From Vulcanimicrobiaceae bacterium (lineage in GTDB: Bacteria; Vulcanimicrobiota; Vulcanimicrobiia; Vulcanimicrobiales; Vulcanimicrobiaceae): a DNA stretch of 39,087 nucleotides. The DNA lies in contig JBHEMM010000006.1 in assembly GCA_046262595.1 (NCBI GenBank), forward strand, positions 29,659-68,745, given 5' to 3'. The notes under the pieces are model-generated. The model was not told the origin of the DNA. It saw only the letters and a program-made list of their open reading frames with translations, and searched no databases. Shown here piece by piece: positions 34,861-39,087 of this stretch. The position numbers were made by a program, and so were the translations under genes. How positions within the stretch are numbered: position 1 is the stretch's first letter; each line of letters begins with the position of its first letter.

Positions 34861-37497
34861 TTACCGGACCGCCCCAAGGACCGCTTGCGCGTGCAGCGAG
34901 CGTTGGACGTCGGTGTCCAGCGAGGCCAGATGCGCGCGGGTCAACAGATCGAGTTTGTTCTTCCCGAGCGACGTTTCGATCTGCCCGGAGAGCGCTTTGA
35001 GCTCGTAACGCGCGAGCGCTTGCGCGTCTTGCGGCGTTCCGGAGGGCGGGTCGTTGGCCAGACGCGAGAGCATCGCGGCGTAATTGCGCTGCAGGTTGCG
35101 GCGTACCAGCGGTATGCTTCCTGCGGCCGGGTGCGAGATGTCCGCGAACGCCGCGGACTGCATCCAGCCGAAGAGGTCCGCGATGTCCATCGTCGTCTTC
35201 GCCGGATATTTGTTCTGCACGTCGTCCAGACGCTGCAGCGTGACGGGCGCAAACATGCGGTTCATTGCCGAGCGCTGGTATGCCGCGGCGATTTGCTCGA
35301 CGGCCATGTCATGACGCGGCGCAAAGTGCCCGTCCCAATCGTCGAACAGATATTGAGAAACGGCTTGCCGCAGGAGCGCCGGCGGGACGTTCCACGCCTG
35401 CGCTGCGAACAAATTCGTTTCCAGAACCTTGAACGCGCGCGCCTGCTGCGATTTTGGAACTGCGCTCAGCGGAAGCGCTGCATGCGCATCGCCGCGCCGC
35501 GCGCGGGACACGTACTCGCCGCCGATGTAGCGCGCAACCGCGCCCGTGCAGCGCCCGTACTGGCCCATCAGCGAGCCAAGCACGAATTGCAAATCGCTGT
35601 ACGAACGTCCAGCCTGCGGGAAACGCGAGCCTGCCTTAGCAAGCAGCGCATGGCTCAAGCCCATCTGCGTTTGGCACCAGCCGATCGTATCGCTGGAAAG
35701 GTCCCACTGCTGATTGCGCGGATCGACGCTGCTGCCGTTTGTCCACTGCACGTCTTCGTCGGAAGAGTACGCGAAACGTGGATTGCTCCACGCCGAAGCC
35801 CAGCGCCGGAGCACGGGAAGCTCGTCGTGCGGCGTCTTTGCGCCCGCTATCGGCGCATAGCCCCAGTGAATGGCGTAGTAGTCGTACGGTCCCAGCACCG
35901 TTTGGAAGTATTCGCCTTGCCCCATGTGCTTGGGCCAGATATTGATCGGAACATACTCCATGACCGACGCCGCAGTCCCGTATTTTTGCGTGAATGCCGG
36001 GCTGCGCAGTTGCACGCCCGTGTACGCTTGCGACCCTAAATAGTTGTGGCGCAGGCCGAAATCGTGACCGGACTCGTGCAGCACGATCGATTCCAAAAAC
36101 TGGTTCGCGAACTTAGCCGGAACGTGATAGCCATCGCCCGATCCCATAATGGAGAGTGCGGACATGCCGTAAGAAAACTGCGCGCGCTCGCCTTGCGCAA
36201 ATTCCGCGCCGAGGGCGCCGGGGCGCACGCCGGCCTGCGGCTGCACGTCGATCGGATAGTCGGTCTTTCCGTAGCGCATCAGATCGCTGTCGATAACGAT
36301 GCCGCTCTTGAGCATCTCGCCCGTGTAGGGATTATAAAGCAACTGCGCTTCGGCGAAACCGCCGTCGGTCTCGGCGAGCCAACGCACGACGTTGTAACGC
36401 ATGTCGTCCGGATCGAAGTTGGGATCGTTCGGCTGGTCCTTCACCTCCACCGCATCGGTGATGCCGATGGCGCGGAACGCGTTGTTCCACGTCAGCAGCG
36501 CCCGCCGCACGGCGAAACGGTACTTTACCGGAATCGTGTTGCTGATGTAATAGACGATCGGTTTTTTCGCGGGCGAGAGCCGCTGCGCCGGGCTCGAAGC
36601 CTGAACGTTCCAGCGCACGATGTAGTCGGCCGATTTATCGAACGAATCATCCGAGCTGAAATCGTCGTGCGCGTTGGTAAAATAACCGACGCGATCGTCG
36701 AACGCGCGCGGCAGATAATTGCCGTTCGCCGGAAGCGCCGCAATCGTGTACTGCATCGCGATCTGCAGATTGCGCGGATCGGGAGCCGCATCGCTGATAT
36801 ACTGCGGGCTCATCGAGCTGAACGTTTGGTTTGCCGTCAACGTCACGTTTTCGGGAAACGCCTTCGTCCCACCGAAATAGGTCTGCTGCGGATCCATATG
36901 GTATGCGCCCATCGGGTTAAGCTGGCGCCCGCCGTTGAGCTCGGTCAAAAAATCCGCAACGCCGGTGATATCTTGCAAGAACGGCGACGCGTCGAAGACG
37001 ACATCTCCCGTCTTCTCATCCACCGATATCACTTTGGCAACGCCGGCCATGCTGTTCGTAACGCCCGCGGCCACCGCATTCGCTTCCGGCGAATTCGGCT
37101 TGGCGAAGAAGCGTGTGGTGGGGAAAAGAATCGCAACGCGGTTATCTTGATGGACGAACCGCATGATGCGGCACGCCTGCAAATCGGTCAGTCCGGAGAA
37201 TAAACCCGAACCAATGCCGTTGACGGGCACGGGAAGTTCGATGAAATCGGCGCCGAACTGTTCGGGCGTCAGTTCGAGCGCAACGTTGCCGTCCTTGGTG
37301 CGCCAGACGGTGAACAAGCCTTTTTGGGCGGCTGCATTCTGCGTGAACTTATCGTACGCCATCAGGGTGGCATTAACGGGCGCTTTCGGCGCCGGTGCCG
37401 CCGCGGCGCCTGGCACGGCCGGGGTTTGCGCTGCAGACGCCGGTGCAACTGCACCCAGTGCGATCGAGAGGCCAAGCAGCATGCTGTTGATGTTCAC
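34861..37497 (-). CDS. Secreted zinc-dependent metalloprotease (EcxA / DUF4953-DUF5117 type)
   Basis: Metzincin motif HESGHDFGLRHN, Met-turn ASVMEY, PRAFDDRVGYF, KKPIVYY and DMRYNVVRW; signal peptide. Start codon uncertain (GTG 37497). Confidence 0.9.
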   Translation of the reverse strand: MNINSMLLGLSIALGAVAPASAAQTPAVPGAAAAPAPKAPVNATLMAYDKFTQNAAAQKGLFTVWRTKDGNVALELTPEQFGADFIELPVPVNGIGSGLFSGLTDLQACRIMRFVHQDNRVAILFPTTRFFAKPNSPEANAVAAGVTNSMAGVAKVISVDEKTGDVVFDASPFLQDITGVADFLTELNGGRQLNPMGAYHMDPQQTYFGGTKAFPENVTLTANQTFSSMSPQYISDAAPDPRNLQIAMQYTIAALPANGNYLPRAFDDRVGYFTNAHDDFSSDDSFDKSADYIVRWNVQASSPAQRLSPAKKPIVYYISNTIPVKYRFAVRRALLTWNNAFRAIGITDAVEVKDQPNDPNFDPDDMRYNVVRWLAETDGGFAEAQLLYNPYTGEMLKSGIVIDSDLMRYGKTDYPIDVQPQAGVRPGALGAEFAQGERAQFSYGMSALSIMGSGDGYHVPAKFANQFLESIVLHESGHDFGLRHNYLGSQAYTGVQLRSPAFTQKYGTAASVMEYVPINIWPKHMGQGEYFQTVLGPYDYYAIHWGYAPIAGAKTPHDELPVLRRWASAWSNPRFAYSSDEDVQWTNGSSVDPRNQQWDLSSDTIGWCQTQMGLSHALLAKAGSRFPQAGRSYSDLQFVLGSLMGQYGRCTGAVARYIGGEYVSRARRGDAHAALPLSAVPKSQQARAFKVLETNLFAAQAWNVPPALLRQAVSQYLFDDWDGHFAPRHDMAVEQIAAAYQRSAMNRMFAPVTLQRLDDVQNKYPAKTTMDIADLFGWMQSAAFADISHPAAGSIPLVRRNLQRNYAAMLSRLANDPPSGTPQDAQALARYELKALSGQIETSLGKNKLDLLTRAHLASLDTDVQRSLHAQAVLGAVR

Positions 37498-37569
37498 GAG
37501 CGGTTCGAGCTCCGTTTTCTTCGGCAAACAGGACGCAGCCGGCGCTGGGAAGCGCGGCTGTGCGAGCCC

Positions 37570-38703
37570 TTATCCTTCGAAAACCCAGCGCATTATCCCG
37601 CTGGCGACTACCGCGTGCTCGAGCGGGTGCAAACGTTCCATGATCTGTTCCGCCGGCTCGTTTTGACGCACGGCAAGCGGCTTGCGCGTGAGCACGGGGC
37701 CGCGATCCGCGTCGAGCGAGATTAGGTGCGAAGTTGCGCCCACCCAAGCGCATTTTAAAGCAACCGCGTCGGCCACGGCATCGGCACCGCGAAACGCCGG
37801 CGCGAACGAACCGTCGGGAAACCCTACTTGCTCCAAACGCTGGTTCAACGGCAAAAACGCCGGATGGATGTTGATCGTCGCCGGGAACTCGCGCACAAAG
37901 GCTTCGCTCAAAAGATGCATCCAACCGAGCAGCAGCACGAGCTCGGGATTGTCGCGGCGGACGAGATCGAGCAACGCCTCGTCATAAGACGCGCGCGTCT
38001 GGAGGCTGCGGTCCCACGGCAGCGCAACGGCGGCAATATTGTTGCGCCGCGCGCGTTCCAGTGCAAAGGCGCGGGGCTTATTGCTTGCCAGAAGAACCAA
38101 ATCCAACGGCAGGCGGCGGGCGTCGGCGCCGTCGATCACCGATTGAAAATTCGAACCGTTTCCCGATGCGAGTACGACGGTCCGGAACCGGCGCCGCCGG
38201 AATGCGGCTTTCTCAAATGTTTCGACGATGCGCGCACCCGCTTGCTGGGCGTAGTAGGCGACGAGCTTCTCTTCTCCTACCGCCGGAATGATTGCGCGCT
38301 GGTATCCGAGCGCGCGAAGCGAGGCCAGCGCGGCAATCAGCAAAGCGGGGCCGATGCCGCTTTTGCGATCCGCGGCAGCGACGCCGAACGGCCCGAAAAT
38401 TCCCGTGCCCGGCTCGCGCGCCGCGCCGCGCAGCCACGAAAACGTTAATCCGTCAGGGTCGTACGTTGCGAAACCGCCGAATGCGCCGTCCTTACGTGCA
38501 ATAATGCTGCTGCCTGCGTATGCTTCGCTGCTCCACGTGCCGCCGAATGCATCGTCGAGCCATGCGAGAAACGCATCGCCGCCGCCCCGCACCATCTCAA
38601 CGGCGTATCCGGCGCGTTCGATCGAGGCGAACGCGCGCGCACGAGCCTGCTCGCCGAACTGCGCGTCCGGCAAGTCGACGGCGAGATTTACGATTTCCTT
38701 CAC
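37570..38703 (-). CDS. purN: GNAT acetyltransferase domain fused to phosphoribosylglycinamide formyltransferase
   Basis: GTG overlaps the purM stop. N-terminal GNAT ([24 protein letters not shown]); C-terminal [48 protein letters not shown] and LHPLEH motifs. Confidence 0.88.
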   Translation of the reverse strand: MKEIVNLAVDLPDAQFGEQARARAFASIERAGYAVEMVRGGGDAFLAWLDDAFGGTWSSEAYAGSSIIARKDGAFGGFATYDPDGLTFSWLRGAAREPGTGIFGPFGVAAADRKSGIGPALLIAALASLRALGYQRAIIPAVGEEKLVAYYAQQAGARIVETFEKAAFRRRRFRTVVLASGNGSNFQSVIDGADARRLPLDLVLLASNKPRAFALERARRNNIAAVALPWDRSLQTRASYDEALLDLVRRDNPELVLLLGWMHLLSEAFVREFPATINIHPAFLPLNQRLEQVGFPDGSFAPAFRGADAVADAVALKCAWVGATSHLISLDADRGPVLTRKPLAVRQNEPAEQIMERLHPLEHAVVASGIMRWVFEG

Positions 38704-38984
38704 GCGCGTGCGGGGTGAACGATCGCTTGCGGTTCCTGTGCAGTGCGCGTTTCGATCCAGCCGACGACTCGCGCTCCCGGCACGGCGTCGAGCGCCGCCT
38801 GCGCCTGCGCGATCGGAATCACGAGTGTGTAGCCGATGCCCATGTTGAACGTGCGATAGCGCTCTTCGTGTGAGAGGTCGCCCCGCGCACACAATTCGGA
38901 AAACAGCGCCGGTACGGGCCAGCGCGACTGCTCGAAGACCGCCTTGACCCCCGGCGGAAGCGTGCGCGGCACGTTCTCGACGAG
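38700..38984 (-). CDS. purM: Phosphoribosylformylglycinamidine cyclo-ligase, C-terminal part only
   Basis: [16 protein letters not shown]...G......YRTFNMGIG signature, located directly upstream of purN. Confidence 0.9.
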   Translation of the reverse strand, partial: LVENVPRTLPPGVKAVFEQSRWPVPALFSELCARGDLSHEERYRTFNMGIGYTLVIPIAQAQAALDAVPGARVVGWIETRTAQEPQAIVHPARA

Positions 38985-39087
38985 CGCGACCATGTTGACG
39001 CCGAACGTCGTCTGCAGCGGGGTGTGCTTGTAGAGCTGGTTGAGCACGACCTCGGGAATCTCGTCGCGCTTGAGCTCGATCACGATC
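38958..39087 (-). other. gyrA: Internal fragment of DNA gyrase subunit A joined in frame to purM
   Basis: [36 protein letters not shown] is a GyrA signature segment; the frame runs off the window end. Confidence 0.88.

Overview
GC-rich bacterial chromosomal window. The gene style (Pro/Thr/Ser-rich lipoproteins, Vgb-like propeller lipoprotein, orphan family-5 binding protein) suggests Ca. Eremiobacterota/Vulcanimicrobiota, but this is inference only. Content: three tRNAs (Asp-GTC, Val-CAC, Val-GAC), topoisomerase IB, beta-carbonic anhydrase, ispH, an NRAMP-like transporter, an S1-domain protein, thrS, two MFS transporters, an S9 peptidase, an OPT transporter, a six-hairpin glycoside hydrolase, a complete divergent actinobacterial-type cytochrome bcc-aa3 cluster, tsaD, an EcxA-like zinc metalloprotease and the end of a purM-purN operon. 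No CRISPR array, transposase or integrase was seen. Most notable items, most of them missed or mis-called by the ORF track: (1) a self-contained attenuation unit at 3362-3774 (promoter, 31-aa leader peptide, antiterminator/terminator, 53-aa small protein); (2) a GNAT-PurN fusion; (3) an in-frame gyrA/purM chimera at the window end, probably an assembly artefact; (4) a recurring GGGTA[ACG] motif just upstream of stress-type genes and both arms of the respiratory cluster; (5) an Sm/LSm-like small protein; (6) three decayed gene remnants.
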